Origin: Corynebacterium glutamicum ATCC 13032
Lineage (GTDB): Bacteria > Actinomycetota > Actinomycetes > Mycobacteriales > Mycobacteriaceae
Direction: 5' to 3'
Assembly (NCBI RefSeq): GCF_000011325.1
Contig: NC_003450.3
Span: 2,790,001-2,822,000 of the forward strand
DNA: 32,000 bases
Part shown: in pieces, positions 1-7,820 of the stretch
Position numbering within the stretch: position 1 is the stretch's first letter
Layout of the letters: each line of letters begins with the position of its first letter
Translations under genes and position numbers: made by a program
The notes under the pieces: model-generated
Seen by the model: only the letters and a program-made list of their open reading frames with translations
The model's database searches: none
What the model was told of the DNA's origin: nothing

Positions 1-92
1 ATTCATATTGAATTTCGCCCCACCTGCCAGGCTTTCGATCCTGGACCGAGCTCAATGCCGAGCAGTGCAAAGTTTAACTCAAGATCTTAGAA

Positions 93-126
93 TGTTGCAT
101 ATTGTTTTTTAGTTGTGTTGCATATT
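93..126 (+). promoter_or_regulatory. Pair of perfect 11-bp direct repeats (TGTTGCATATT at 93-103 and 116-126) in the AT-rich leader of the XRE-family gene; candidate operator pair
   Basis: Read directly: identical 11-mers start 23 bp apart. The second ends 27 bp before the ATG at 153. A regulatory role is inferred from position only. Confidence 0.3.
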
Positions 127-152
127 AAAACAATTTTTCATAACTTACATCC

Positions 153-554
153 ATGACAACAAATCAAGAAAAGTATCCAATCAGCGATCTAGTTCGCAAC
201 CAGCGCCGAACCCTCGACATGAATCAAGAGCATCTAGCTAAAGCCATAGACAAAACCCGATTCTGGGTAATCGACCTCGAAAAAGGAATATCCCGGAGAA
301 CCGGTGAACCATTCACCGTCGATCCAATGATGTGTATGAAGCTTGCAGAGGCTCTCGACCTTGATCCAGTAGAGGTTTTAAGTGCAGCGAAAGTTCCCGA
401 ATCTGAATGGCCAAATTTTTCGAAGATCATCTCCCAAAGTGACTATGTGAAGCATGTAGACATAACAAGACTGACCGTCCGCCAGCAAGATCTAGTCATC
501 AATCTGGTCAACGAATTTAAGGAGCTTAATTTGAACACGCCATATGAAAAGTGA
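153..554 (+). CDS. XRE-family helix-turn-helix DNA-binding protein (133 aa)
   Basis: ORF with ATG start. The N-terminal segment LVRNQRRTLDMNQEHLAKAIDKTRFWVIDLEKG fits the HTH_3/XRE pattern. Its codon usage is visibly more A/T-rich than the neighbouring genes. The C-terminal half is unrecognised. Confidence 0.6.
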   Translation: MTTNQEKYPISDLVRNQRRTLDMNQEHLAKAIDKTRFWVIDLEKGISRRTGEPFTVDPMMCMKLAEALDLDPVEVLSAAKVPESEWPNFSKIISQSDYVKHVDITRLTVRQQDLVINLVNEFKELNLNTPYEK

Positions 555-710
555 CTAATTTCAACCCAAACGGGAGCCTAAGTGAAATGAAATAATCCCC
601 TCACCAACTGGCGACATTCAAACACCGTTTCATTTCCAAACATCGAGCCAAGGGAAAAGAAAGCCCCTAAGCCCCGTGTTATTAAATGGAGACTTTTTGG
701 AGACCTCAAG

Positions 711-748
711 CCAAAAAGGGGCATTTTCATTAAGAAAATACCCCTTTG
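711..748 (-). terminator. Intrinsic terminator downstream of tRNA-Thr
   Basis: Hairpin GGGGCATTTTC-ATTAA-GAAAATACCCC (one internal mismatch). On the minus strand it is followed by a run of 5 T. It lies about 15 nt past the tRNA 3' end. Confidence 0.5.
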
Positions 749-762
749 ACCTGGTGTTATTG

Positions 763-835
763 AGCTGGAGAAGAGACTTGAACTCTCAACCTACGCATTA
801 CAAGTGCGTTGCGCTGCCAATTGCGCCACTCCAGC
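763..835 (-). tRNA. tRNA-Thr (anticodon UGU), 73 nt, no encoded CCA
   Basis: Hand-folded reverse complement: acceptor GCTGGAG/CTCCAGC; D arm GCGC-AATTGGCA-GCGC; anticodon arm ACGCA-CTTGTAA-TGCGT; variable loop AGGTT; T arm GAGAG-TTCAAGT-CTCTT; discriminator T. Confidence 0.9.
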
Positions 836-982
836 ACCGCAGATGCTGATGATCAACAACTACGAATACGTATCTTAGCGTATGTGTACATCACAATGGA
901 ATTCGGGGCTAGAGTATCTGGTGAACCGTGCATAAACGACCTGTGATTGGACTCTTTTTCCTTGCAAAATGTTTTCCAGCGG

Positions 983-2452
983 ATGTTGAGTTTTGCGACC
1001 CTTCGTGGCCGCATTTCAACAGTTGACGCTGCAAAAGCCGCACCTCCGCCATCGCCACTAGCCCCGATTGATCTCACTGACCATAGTCAAGTGGCCGGTG
1101 TGATGAATTTGGCTGCGAGAATTGGCGATATTTTGCTTTCTTCAGGTACGTCAAATAGTGACACCAAGGTACAAGTTCGAGCAGTGACCTCTGCGTACGG
1201 TTTGTACTACACGCACGTGGATATCACGTTGAATACGATCACCATCTTCACCAACATCGGTGTGGAGAGGAAGATGCCGGTCAACGTGTTTCATGTTGTA
1301 GGCAAGTTGGACACCAACTTCTCCAAACTGTCTGAGGTTGACCGTTTGATCCGTTCCATTCAGGCTGGTGCGACCCCGCCTGAGGTTGCCGAGAAAATCC
1401 TGGACGAGTTGGAGCAATCCCCTGCGTCTTATGGTTTCCCTGTTGCGTTGCTTGGCTGGGCAATGATGGGTGGTGCTGTTGCTGTGCTGTTGGGTGGTGG
1501 ATGGCAGGTTTCCCTAATTGCTTTTATTACCGCGTTCACGATCATTGCCACGACGTCATTTTTGGGAAAGAAGGGTTTGCCTACTTTCTTCCAAAATGTT
1601 GTTGGTGGTTTTATTGCCACGCTGCCTGCATCGATTGCTTATTCTTTGGCGTTGCAATTTGGTCTTGAGATCAAACCGAGCCAGATCATCGCATCTGGAA
1701 TTGTTGTGCTGTTGGCAGGTTTGACACTCGTGCAATCTCTGCAGGACGGCATCACGGGCGCTCCGGTGACAGCAAGTGCACGATTTTTCGAAACACTCCT
1801 GTTTACCGGCGGCATTGTTGCTGGCGTGGGTTTGGGCATTCAGCTTTCTGAAATCTTGCATGTCATGTTGCCTGCCATGGAGTCCGCTGCAGCACCTAAT
1901 TATTCGTCTACATTCGCCCGCATTATCGCTGGTGGCGTCACCGCAGCGGCCTTCGCAGTGGGTTGTTACGCGGAGTGGTCCTCGGTGATTATTGCGGGGC
2001 TTACTGCGCTGATGGGTTCTGCGTTTTATTACCTCTTCGTTGTTTATTTAGGCCCCGTCTCTGCCGCTGCGATTGCTGCAACAGCAGTTGGTTTCACTGG
2101 TGGTTTGCTTGCCCGTCGATTCTTGATTCCACCGTTGATTGTGGCGATTGCCGGCATCACACCAATGCTTCCAGGTCTAGCAATTTACCGCGGAATGTAC
2201 GCCACCCTGAATGATCAAACACTCATGGGTTTCACCAACATTGCGGTTGCTTTAGCCACTGCTTCATCACTTGCCGCTGGCGTGGTTTTGGGTGAGTGGA
2301 TTGCCCGCAGGCTACGTCGTCCACCACGCTTCAACCCATACCGTGCATTTACCAAGGCGAATGAGTTCTCCTTCCAGGAGGAAGCTGAGCAGAATCAGCG
2401 CCGGCAGAGAAAACGTCCAAAGACTAATCAGAGATTCGGTAATAAAAGGTAA
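983..2452 (+). CDS. thrE: Threonine/serine exporter ThrE (489 aa)
   Basis: The polytopic membrane protein starting MLSFATLRGRISTVDAAKAAPPPSPLAPIDL matches my recollection of C. glutamicum ThrE. The ATG at 983 is preferred over the TTG at 947 used by the ORF track. Confidence 0.88.
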   Translation: MLSFATLRGRISTVDAAKAAPPPSPLAPIDLTDHSQVAGVMNLAARIGDILLSSGTSNSDTKVQVRAVTSAYGLYYTHVDITLNTITIFTNIGVERKMPVNVFHVVGKLDTNFSKLSEVDRLIRSIQAGATPPEVAEKILDELEQSPASYGFPVALLGWAMMGGAVAVLLGGGWQVSLIAFITAFTIIATTSFLGKKGLPTFFQNVVGGFIATLPASIAYSLALQFGLEIKPSQIIASGIVVLLAGLTLVQSLQDGITGAPVTASARFFETLLFTGGIVAGVGLGIQLSEILHVMLPAMESAAAPNYSSTFARIIAGGVTAAAFAVGCYAEWSSVIIAGLTALMGSAFYYLFVVYLGPVSAAAIAATAVGFTGGLLARRFLIPPLIVAIAGITPMLPGLAIYRGMYATLNDQTLMGFTNIAVALATASSLAAGVVLGEWIARRLRRPPRFNPYRAFTKANEFSFQEEAEQNQRRQRKRPKTNQRFGNKR

Positions 2453-2531
2453 AAATCAACCTGCTTAGGCGTCTTTCGCTTAAATAGCGTAGAATATCGG
2501 GTCGATCGCTTTTAAACACTCAGGAGGATCC

Positions 2532-2861
2532 TTGCCGGCCAAAATCACGGACACTCGTCCCACCCCAGAATCCCTTCACGCTGTTGAAGAGGAAACCGCA
2601 GCCGGTGCCCGCAGGATTGTTGCCACCTATTCTAAGGACTTCTTCGACGGCGTCACTTTGATGTGCATGCTCGGCGTTGAACCTCAGGGCCTGCGTTACA
2701 CCAAGGTCGCTTCTGAACACGAGGAAGCTCAGCCAAAGAAGGCTACAAAGCGGACTCGTAAGGCACCAGCTAAGAAGGCTGCTGCTAAGAAAACGACCAA
2801 GAAGACCACTAAGAAAACTACTAAAAAGACCACCGCAAAGAAGACCACAAAGAAGTCTTAA
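2532..2861 (+). CDS. Small protein (109 aa) with a Lys/Thr/Ala-rich repeat tail (KAPAKKAAAKKTTKKTTKKTTKKTTAKKTTKKS), putative nucleic-acid-binding
   Basis: TTG start preceded by AGGAGG (2522-2527). It ends 12 nt before otsA. The tail is encoded by imperfect 12-nt tandem units at 2787-2858 that differ at synonymous positions. Confidence 0.6.
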   Translation: MPAKITDTRPTPESLHAVEEETAAGARRIVATYSKDFFDGVTLMCMLGVEPQGLRYTKVASEHEEAQPKKATKRTRKAPAKKAAAKKTTKKTTKKTTKKTTAKKTTKKS

Positions 2862-2873
2862 GCCGGATCTTAT

Positions 2874-4331
2874 ATGGATGATTCCAATAGCTTTGTAGTT
2901 GTTGCTAACCGTCTGCCAGTGGATATGACTGTCCACCCAGATGGTAGCTATAGCATCTCCCCCAGCCCCGGTGGCCTTGTCACGGGGCTTTCCCCCGTTC
3001 TGGAACAACATCGTGGATGTTGGGTCGGATGGCCTGGAACTGTAGATGTTGCACCCGAACCATTTCGAACAGATACGGGTGTTTTGCTGCACCCTGTTGT
3101 CCTCACTGCAAGTGACTATGAAGGCTTCTACGAGGGCTTTTCAAACGCAACGCTGTGGCCTCTTTTCCACGATCTGATTGTTACTCCGGTGTACAACACC
3201 GATTGGTGGCATGCGTTTCGGGAGGTAAACCTCAAGTTCGCTGAAGCCGTGAGCCAAGTGGCGGCACACGGTGCCACTGTGTGGGTGCAGGACTATCAGC
3301 TGTTGCTGGTTCCTGGCATTTTGCGCCAGATGCGCCCTGATTTGAAGATCGGTTTCTTCCTCCACATTCCCTTCCCTTCCCCTGATCTGTTCCGTCAGCT
3401 GCCGTGGCGTGAAGAGATTGTTCGAGGCATGCTGGGCGCAGATTTGGTGGGATTCCATTTGGTTCAAAACGCAGAAAACTTCCTTGCGTTAACCCAGCAG
3501 GTTGCCGGCACTGCCGGGTCTCATGTGGGTCAGCCGGACACCTTGCAGGTCAGTGGTGAAGCATTGGTGCGTGAGATTGGCGCTCATGTTGAAACCGCTG
3601 ACGGAAGGCGAGTTAGCGTCGGGGCGTTCCCGATCTCGATTGATGTTGAAATGTTTGGGGAGGCGTCGAAAAGCGCCGTTCTTGATCTTTTAAAAACGCT
3701 CGACGAGCCGGAAACCGTATTCCTGGGCGTTGACCGACTGGACTACACCAAGGGCATTTTGCAGCGCCTGCTTGCGTTTGAGGAACTGCTGGAATCCGGC
3801 GCGTTGGAGGCCGACAAAGCTGTGTTGCTGCAGGTCGCGACGCCTTCGCGTGAGCGCATTGATCACTATCGTGTGTCGCGTTCGCAGGTCGAGGAAGCCG
3901 TCGGCCGTATCAATGGTCGTTTCGGTCGCATGGGGCGTCCCGTGGTGCATTATCTACACAGGTCATTGAGCAAAAATGATCTCCAGGTGCTGTATACCGC
4001 AGCCGATGTCATGCTGGTTACGCCTTTTAAAGACGGTATGAACTTGGTGGCTAAAGAATTCGTGGCCAACCACCGCGACGGCACTGGTGCTTTGGTGCTG
4101 TCCGAATTTGCCGGCGCGGCCACTGAGCTGACCGGTGCGTATTTATGCAACCCATTTGATGTGGAATCCATCAAACGGCAAATGGTGGCAGCTGTCCATG
4201 ATTTGAAGCACAATCCGGAATCTGCGGCAACGCGAATGAAAACGAACAGCGAGCAGGTCTATACCCACGACGTCAACGTGTGGGCTAATAGTTTCCTGGA
4301 TTGTTTGGCACAGTCGGGAGAAAACTCATGA
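2874..4331 (+). CDS. otsA: Trehalose-6-phosphate synthase OtsA (GT20 family, 485 aa)
   Basis: Full-length ORF with family hallmarks (VVANRLP near the N-terminus, WVQDYQL, GVDRLDYTKG, MNLVAKE). otsB lies downstream. Confidence 0.95.
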   Translation: MDDSNSFVVVANRLPVDMTVHPDGSYSISPSPGGLVTGLSPVLEQHRGCWVGWPGTVDVAPEPFRTDTGVLLHPVVLTASDYEGFYEGFSNATLWPLFHDLIVTPVYNTDWWHAFREVNLKFAEAVSQVAAHGATVWVQDYQLLLVPGILRQMRPDLKIGFFLHIPFPSPDLFRQLPWREEIVRGMLGADLVGFHLVQNAENFLALTQQVAGTAGSHVGQPDTLQVSGEALVREIGAHVETADGRRVSVGAFPISIDVEMFGEASKSAVLDLLKTLDEPETVFLGVDRLDYTKGILQRLLAFEELLESGALEADKAVLLQVATPSRERIDHYRVSRSQVEEAVGRINGRFGRMGRPVVHYLHRSLSKNDLQVLYTAADVMLVTPFKDGMNLVAKEFVANHRDGTGALVLSEFAGAATELTGAYLCNPFDVESIKRQMVAAVHDLKHNPESAATRMKTNSEQVYTHDVNVWANSFLDCLAQSGENS

Positions 4332-4816
4332 ACCGCGCACGAATCGCGACCATAGGCGTTCTTCCGCTTGCTTTACTGCTGGCGTCCTGTGGTTCAGACA
4401 CCGTGGAAATGACAGATTCCACCTGGTTGGTGACCAATATTTACACCGATCCAGATGAGTCGAATTCGATCAGTAATCTTGTCATTTCCCAGCCCAGCTT
4501 AGATTTTGGCAATTCTTCCCTGTCTGGTTTCACTGGCTGTGTGCCTTTTACGGGGCGTGCGGAATTCTTCCAAAATGGTGAGCAAAGCTCTGTTCTGGAT
4601 GCCGATTATGTGACCTTGTCTTCCCTGGATTTCGATAAACTTCCCGATGATTGCCAAGGACAAGAACTCAAAGTTCATAACGAGCTGGTTGATCTTCTGC
4701 CTGGTTCTTTTGAAATCTCCAGGACTTCTGGTTCAGAAATCTTGCTGACTAGCGATGTCGATGAACTCGATCGGCCAGCAATCCGCTTGGTGTCCTGGAT
4801 CGCGCCGACATCTTAA
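4328..4816 (+). CDS. Putative lipoprotein with META (HslJ-like) domain (162 aa)
   Basis: The ATG at 4328 overlaps the otsA TGA (ATGA). Signal peptide with lipobox LLASC. META-like features: TWLVTNIY, GFTGCVPFTGRAEF, and a second conserved Cys in DDCQGQE. The TTG at 4301 in the ORF track is probably not the start. Confidence 0.7.
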   Translation: MNRARIATIGVLPLALLLASCGSDTVEMTDSTWLVTNIYTDPDESNSISNLVISQPSLDFGNSSLSGFTGCVPFTGRAEFFQNGEQSSVLDADYVTLSSLDFDKLPDDCQGQELKVHNELVDLLPGSFEISRTSGSEILLTSDVDELDRPAIRLVSWIAPTS

Positions 4817-4870
4817 GGTGCCAGGGCTTTAAAGTGCCAGGGGTTCTGTGGGATCCGTACACTGGTTCCC

Positions 4871-5641
4871 ATGACTTTGACTATTGAGGAAATCGCCAAG
4901 ACCAAAAAGCTTTTGGTTGTGTCCGATTTTGATGGAACCATCGCAGGATTTAGCAAGGACGCTTACAACGTTCCTATCAACCAGAAATCCCTCAAGGCGG
5001 TAAAAGACCTCTCCCAACAAGCAGACACTGATGTTGTCATTTTGTCGGGACGTCACCTGGAGGGATTGAAGACGGTTCTTGATCTTGGTCAGTACGACAT
5101 CACCATGGTGGGTTCACACGGTTCTGAGGATTCCTCCCGCCCGCGTACCCTCACTCCTGAAGAGGTAGCTCGCCTCGCCAAGATTGAAGCAGATCTGGAA
5201 AAGATCGTCGACGGCATCGAAGGCGCATTCGTGGAGATCAAGCCTTTCCACCGCGTGCTGCACTTCATCCGTGTTTCCGACAAGGACAAAGTCCAAGGAA
5301 TCCTCGCCCAAGCAGCACACGTAGACTCTTCCGGCCTGAAGGTTACTAACGGCAAGAGCATCATCGAATACTCCATCAGCTCCACCACCAAGGGCACCTG
5401 GCTGAAGGAATACGTTGACCGCACCGAGCCCACTGGTGTGATTTTCCTCGGCGATGACACCACCGATGAGCACGGTTTCAAAGCTTTAGAAAACGATGAT
5501 CGTGCCCTAACCGTCAAGGTTGGCGAAGGAGACACTGCAGCCAAAACCCGCGTCGACGATGTTGATAATGTGGGAATTTTCCTAGAGAAACTCGCCTACC
5601 ACCGCATGCAGTATGCGGAAAGCGTGCGATTGGGGATTTAA
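4871..5641 (+). CDS. otsB: Trehalose-6-phosphate phosphatase OtsB (HAD superfamily, 256 aa)
   Basis: HAD motif I DFDGT near the N-terminus and a GDDTTDE motif near the C-terminus. Synteny with otsA. Confidence 0.9.
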   Translation: MTLTIEEIAKTKKLLVVSDFDGTIAGFSKDAYNVPINQKSLKAVKDLSQQADTDVVILSGRHLEGLKTVLDLGQYDITMVGSHGSEDSSRPRTLTPEEVARLAKIEADLEKIVDGIEGAFVEIKPFHRVLHFIRVSDKDKVQGILAQAAHVDSSGLKVTNGKSIIEYSISSTTKGTWLKEYVDRTEPTGVIFLGDDTTDEHGFKALENDDRALTVKVGEGDTAAKTRVDDVDNVGIFLEKLAYHRMQYAESVRLGI

Positions 5642-5673
5642 GAGAGCCTAAACGCACGAAAAGTGCCACAAGC

Positions 5674-6756
5674 CTAGATTGGCGCAACCGTGGAACCTGG
5701 GTGGAAGGAAGTTTCCAATTCCACTTCTGGTTCCACGTATTCTTTGTCAATCATTTTCAACAGTGTTTCGCCGGCTTTGAACCCTTTGAGTTTGTTGGGT
5801 TGGATGACGGTGGTGAGATCCCGTGCGAGTGCCATGTGGGTGCCATCGAAACCAGTGAGGGATAGATCTGCAGGCGCTGATTTACCTACGCTTTTAAGGT
5901 ATTCCAGAACGCCGAATGCCAGTGCATCGACGGTACAGAGTACTGCGGTGAGGTCTGGGTGTGTTTCTAGAAGTTCTTTGGCCACTTCGAAGTTGTGTTG
6001 GCGGTTGTTGATCCAGCATTCCATGATCGGCACGGTGCCGGGATCGATTCCCGCTTCGATAAAGACTTCCATGGCACCCCTGACTCGGTCGCGTTGTACC
6101 TGGTATTGGGCGTTTTCGAGGCGCTCGCGGGTGACTTCGCCGTCGTTGTTTGCGCGGTCTAGGCGGATGGACAGGATGCCGATTTTGCGGTGGCCGGCGT
6201 CGATTAGCGCTTGAGCTGCAGGGGCGATGGCTTTGCGGTTATTTGGGGCAATAAACGGCATGCCTTCTTCGCGTGCAGGCTGGTCGGCGATGACTGCGGG
6301 CAAACCACGGGCACGGATGGCATCGATGTGTGGATCACCCTTGGCAACGGAGTAAATAACCACTCCGTCAACTGCAGCGTTGTTGACTAATTGTTGAGCC
6401 GAGACATGGTCAACGCTGCTCGCGGGCGAGGCAGGAATCAGCGTTAGTTGGGTGTCTCCAGCAGCTTGAGCCACCCCGGCAAGAAAGTCCACGGAGGCCA
6501 TATCTTCGAAGGCATAAGTGAGGTCCTCAGTAAGCAGCACTCCGATTGCGCCTGCTCTGCGTGTACGAAGGCTGCGGGCCACCGGATCAGGGCCGAGATA
6601 GCCCATATCTTCAGCGGTGTCGAGGATGCGTTGGCGAAGTTCTGCGGAGAGTTGCTCCGGCCGGTTGTAGGCGTTGGACACTGTGGTCCTTGAGATACCT
6701 AGTTTCGCGGCGATGGACGCGAGGGTTCCGTATTGTTGTTTCCTACCCATAATCAT
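5674..6756 (-). CDS. ipsA: LacI-family transcriptional regulator (IpsA-like, 358-360 aa)
   Basis: N-terminal LacI HTH (TLASIAAKLGISRTTVSNAYN) plus a periplasmic-binding-protein-like effector domain. Its position next to otsB matches my recollection of the C. glutamicum ipsA locus. An alternative ATG lies at 6750. Confidence 0.8.
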   Translation of the reverse strand: MIMGRKQQYGTLASIAAKLGISRTTVSNAYNRPEQLSAELRQRILDTAEDMGYLGPDPVARSLRTRRAGAIGVLLTEDLTYAFEDMASVDFLAGVAQAAGDTQLTLIPASPASSVDHVSAQQLVNNAAVDGVVIYSVAKGDPHIDAIRARGLPAVIADQPAREEGMPFIAPNNRKAIAPAAQALIDAGHRKIGILSIRLDRANNDGEVTRERLENAQYQVQRDRVRGAMEVFIEAGIDPGTVPIMECWINNRQHNFEVAKELLETHPDLTAVLCTVDALAFGVLEYLKSVGKSAPADLSLTGFDGTHMALARDLTTVIQPNKLKGFKAGETLLKMIDKEYVEPEVELETSFHPGSTVAPI

Positions 6757-6829
6757 TTCAATCTACCAGTTACCCCTATGGCGTATCCGAGGTCTAACGC
6801 GATTTTGCGATTTTCAATAAGTTTTCATG

Positions 6830-6858
6830 TTGACATCCTTTTTCAATAAGCATTTAAT
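6830..6858 (+). promoter_or_regulatory. Candidate sigma-A promoter TTGACA-17 bp-TTTAAT for the zinc ABC operon; predicted start site falls at or next to the ATG at 6866 (leaderless)
   Basis: TTGACA at 6830-6835 and TTTAAT at 6853-6858, with the ATG 7-8 nt downstream of the -10 box. TTTTCA hexamers at 6811-6816, 6822-6827 and 6840-6845; the last lies in the spacer. Confidence 0.4.
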
Positions 6859-6865
6859 GGCAGGT

Positions 6866-7810
6866 ATGAAAAAGCTTCTTTGGACACTCCCCATCCTCCC
6901 ACTGGTACTAGCTGGCTGCTCAACTGGATCAGCAGATTCCGCGGATTCCACCAACGCTGCCGGATCCAATTCCCTTAAAGTGGTCACCTCCACCCAGGTG
7001 TGGGCTGACGTCGCCGAAGCTGTCGCCCCAGATGTAGACATTGAAGCAATTATTACCGGTGGCGACATCGACCCTCATTCCTTCGAGCCTTCCGCTACCG
7101 ATATGGCTAAAGTTTCCGAAGCTGACATCATTATCGTCGGTGGCGGCGGCTATGATTCCTGGCTCTACGGCACCTTGGAAGACGATGATCGCATCATCCA
7201 CGCATTGGATCTCTCAGAGCATGACCACAGCGAGCATGATGATCACGAGCACGAAGCCGAAGAAGCCCACGAACACGACCACGATGAAGAGGGCCACGAT
7301 CATGACGTCGACAACGAGCACGTCTGGTACTCCACTGAATACGTCTCTGAGGTAGCTGAAGAGTTCGCAGAAAAAGTCACCGAGCTTGATCCCGAGGCAC
7401 AGGCCGATGCAACGGCTGTGACCACCAAGATGGACGAGCTGCACAATCAGATTCACGATCTTCCAGCAGTTCGCATTGCTCAGACCGAGCCGATCGCCGA
7501 TCACATTTTGTCCCACTCCGACATGGTGGAATCCACCCCTGAGGGTTACCGCGCAACCACGTTGAGCGAGAGCGAGCCAACCGCAGCAGATGTTGCGTCG
7601 TTCCAGGATGCAATTAACAACGGTGACCTCGATGTTTTGATCTACAACCCACAGTCCGCGTCGACTGTCGCGACCAGCTTGAAGGATTTGGCAGAAGAAA
7701 AAGGCATCCCAGTTGTTGAGATCTATGAGACCCCTCAAAACACCGAGAATTTCCTCGATGCATTCACCAAGGCAGTTGATGATCTCACCGCTGCCACTAA
7801 CCAGGTTTAG
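6866..7810 (+). CDS. znuA: ABC-transporter metal-binding lipoprotein, ZnuA-like (zinc) with a His/Asp/Glu-rich loop
   Basis: MKKLLWTLPILPLVLAGC signal peptide with lipobox. The cluster-9 binding-protein fold is inferred from sequence. The His-rich loop SEHDHSEHDDHEHEAEEAHEHDHDEEGHDHDVDNEH (about 7217-7321) is typical of zinc-specific ZnuA. The upstream ATG at 6827 would bury the signal peptide. Confidence 0.85.
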   Translation: MKKLLWTLPILPLVLAGCSTGSADSADSTNAAGSNSLKVVTSTQVWADVAEAVAPDVDIEAIITGGDIDPHSFEPSATDMAKVSEADIIIVGGGGYDSWLYGTLEDDDRIIHALDLSEHDHSEHDDHEHEAEEAHEHDHDEEGHDHDVDNEHVWYSTEYVSEVAEEFAEKVTELDPEAQADATAVTTKMDELHNQIHDLPAVRIAQTEPIADHILSHSDMVESTPEGYRATTLSESEPTAADVASFQDAINNGDLDVLIYNPQSASTVATSLKDLAEEKGIPVVEIYETPQNTENFLDAFTKAVDDLTAATNQV

Positions 7811-7820
7811 AATTATTTAA

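Noticed and set aside
947-982. N-terminal extensions proposed by the ORF track (thrE TTG 947, lipoprotein TTG 4301, znuA ATG 6827, ptsS ATG 21849, IclR TTG 17253)
   Set aside because: In each case a downstream start fits better with an SD, a signal-peptide position or a remembered protein N-terminus. For the IclR gene the listed start is an artefact of the frameshift.
763-2452. Functional link between tRNA-Thr and the adjacent threonine exporter gene thrE (for example a T-box or attenuator)
   Set aside because: The two are divergently oriented. The 147-bp thrE leader shows no specifier/T-box-like conserved elements or Thr-codon leader peptide that I can see. The adjacency is most simply coincidence.
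2520-3092. 190-aa minus-strand ORF spanning the small Lys-rich gene and the otsA start
   Set aside because: Its Leu/Ser-rich repeat (FLSGLLGRFLSSSLLSW) is simply the reverse complement of the (KKTT)n repeat. The plus-strand ORF has a strong SD, and otsA is unambiguous.
4818-4842. 9-bp direct repeat GTGCCAGGG (4818-4826, 4834-4842) between the lipoprotein gene and otsB
   Set aside because: Too short to distinguish from chance, and no associated dyad or promoter element.
5654-5666. Possible bidirectional terminator between convergent otsB and ipsA (GCAC-GAAAA-GTGC)
   Set aside because: Only a 4-bp stem with no T-tract, so it is not supportable as a terminator.
5690-6214. 174-aa plus-strand ORF, and similar long antisense ORFs at 5089-5544 (-), 7214-7738 (-), 8006-8434 (-), 8510-8848 (-), 8855-9283 (-), 10613-11095 (-), 14713-15312 (+), 15664-16071 (+), 18308-18829 (+), 19973-20419 (+), 22225-22707 (+), 27615-28034 (-), 29002-29427 (+)
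   Set aside because: All are embedded antisense or out of frame within genes that have strong family signatures. Their products are Arg/Ser/Pro-rich. They are an expected by-product of high GC3 content.
7217-7321. Low-complexity GAGCAC/GACCAC-rich DNA that looks like a tandem repeat
   Set aside because: It is in frame within the ZnuA-like gene and encodes the His/Asp/Glu-rich metal-binding loop. It is not a non-coding repeat or CRISPR-like array.
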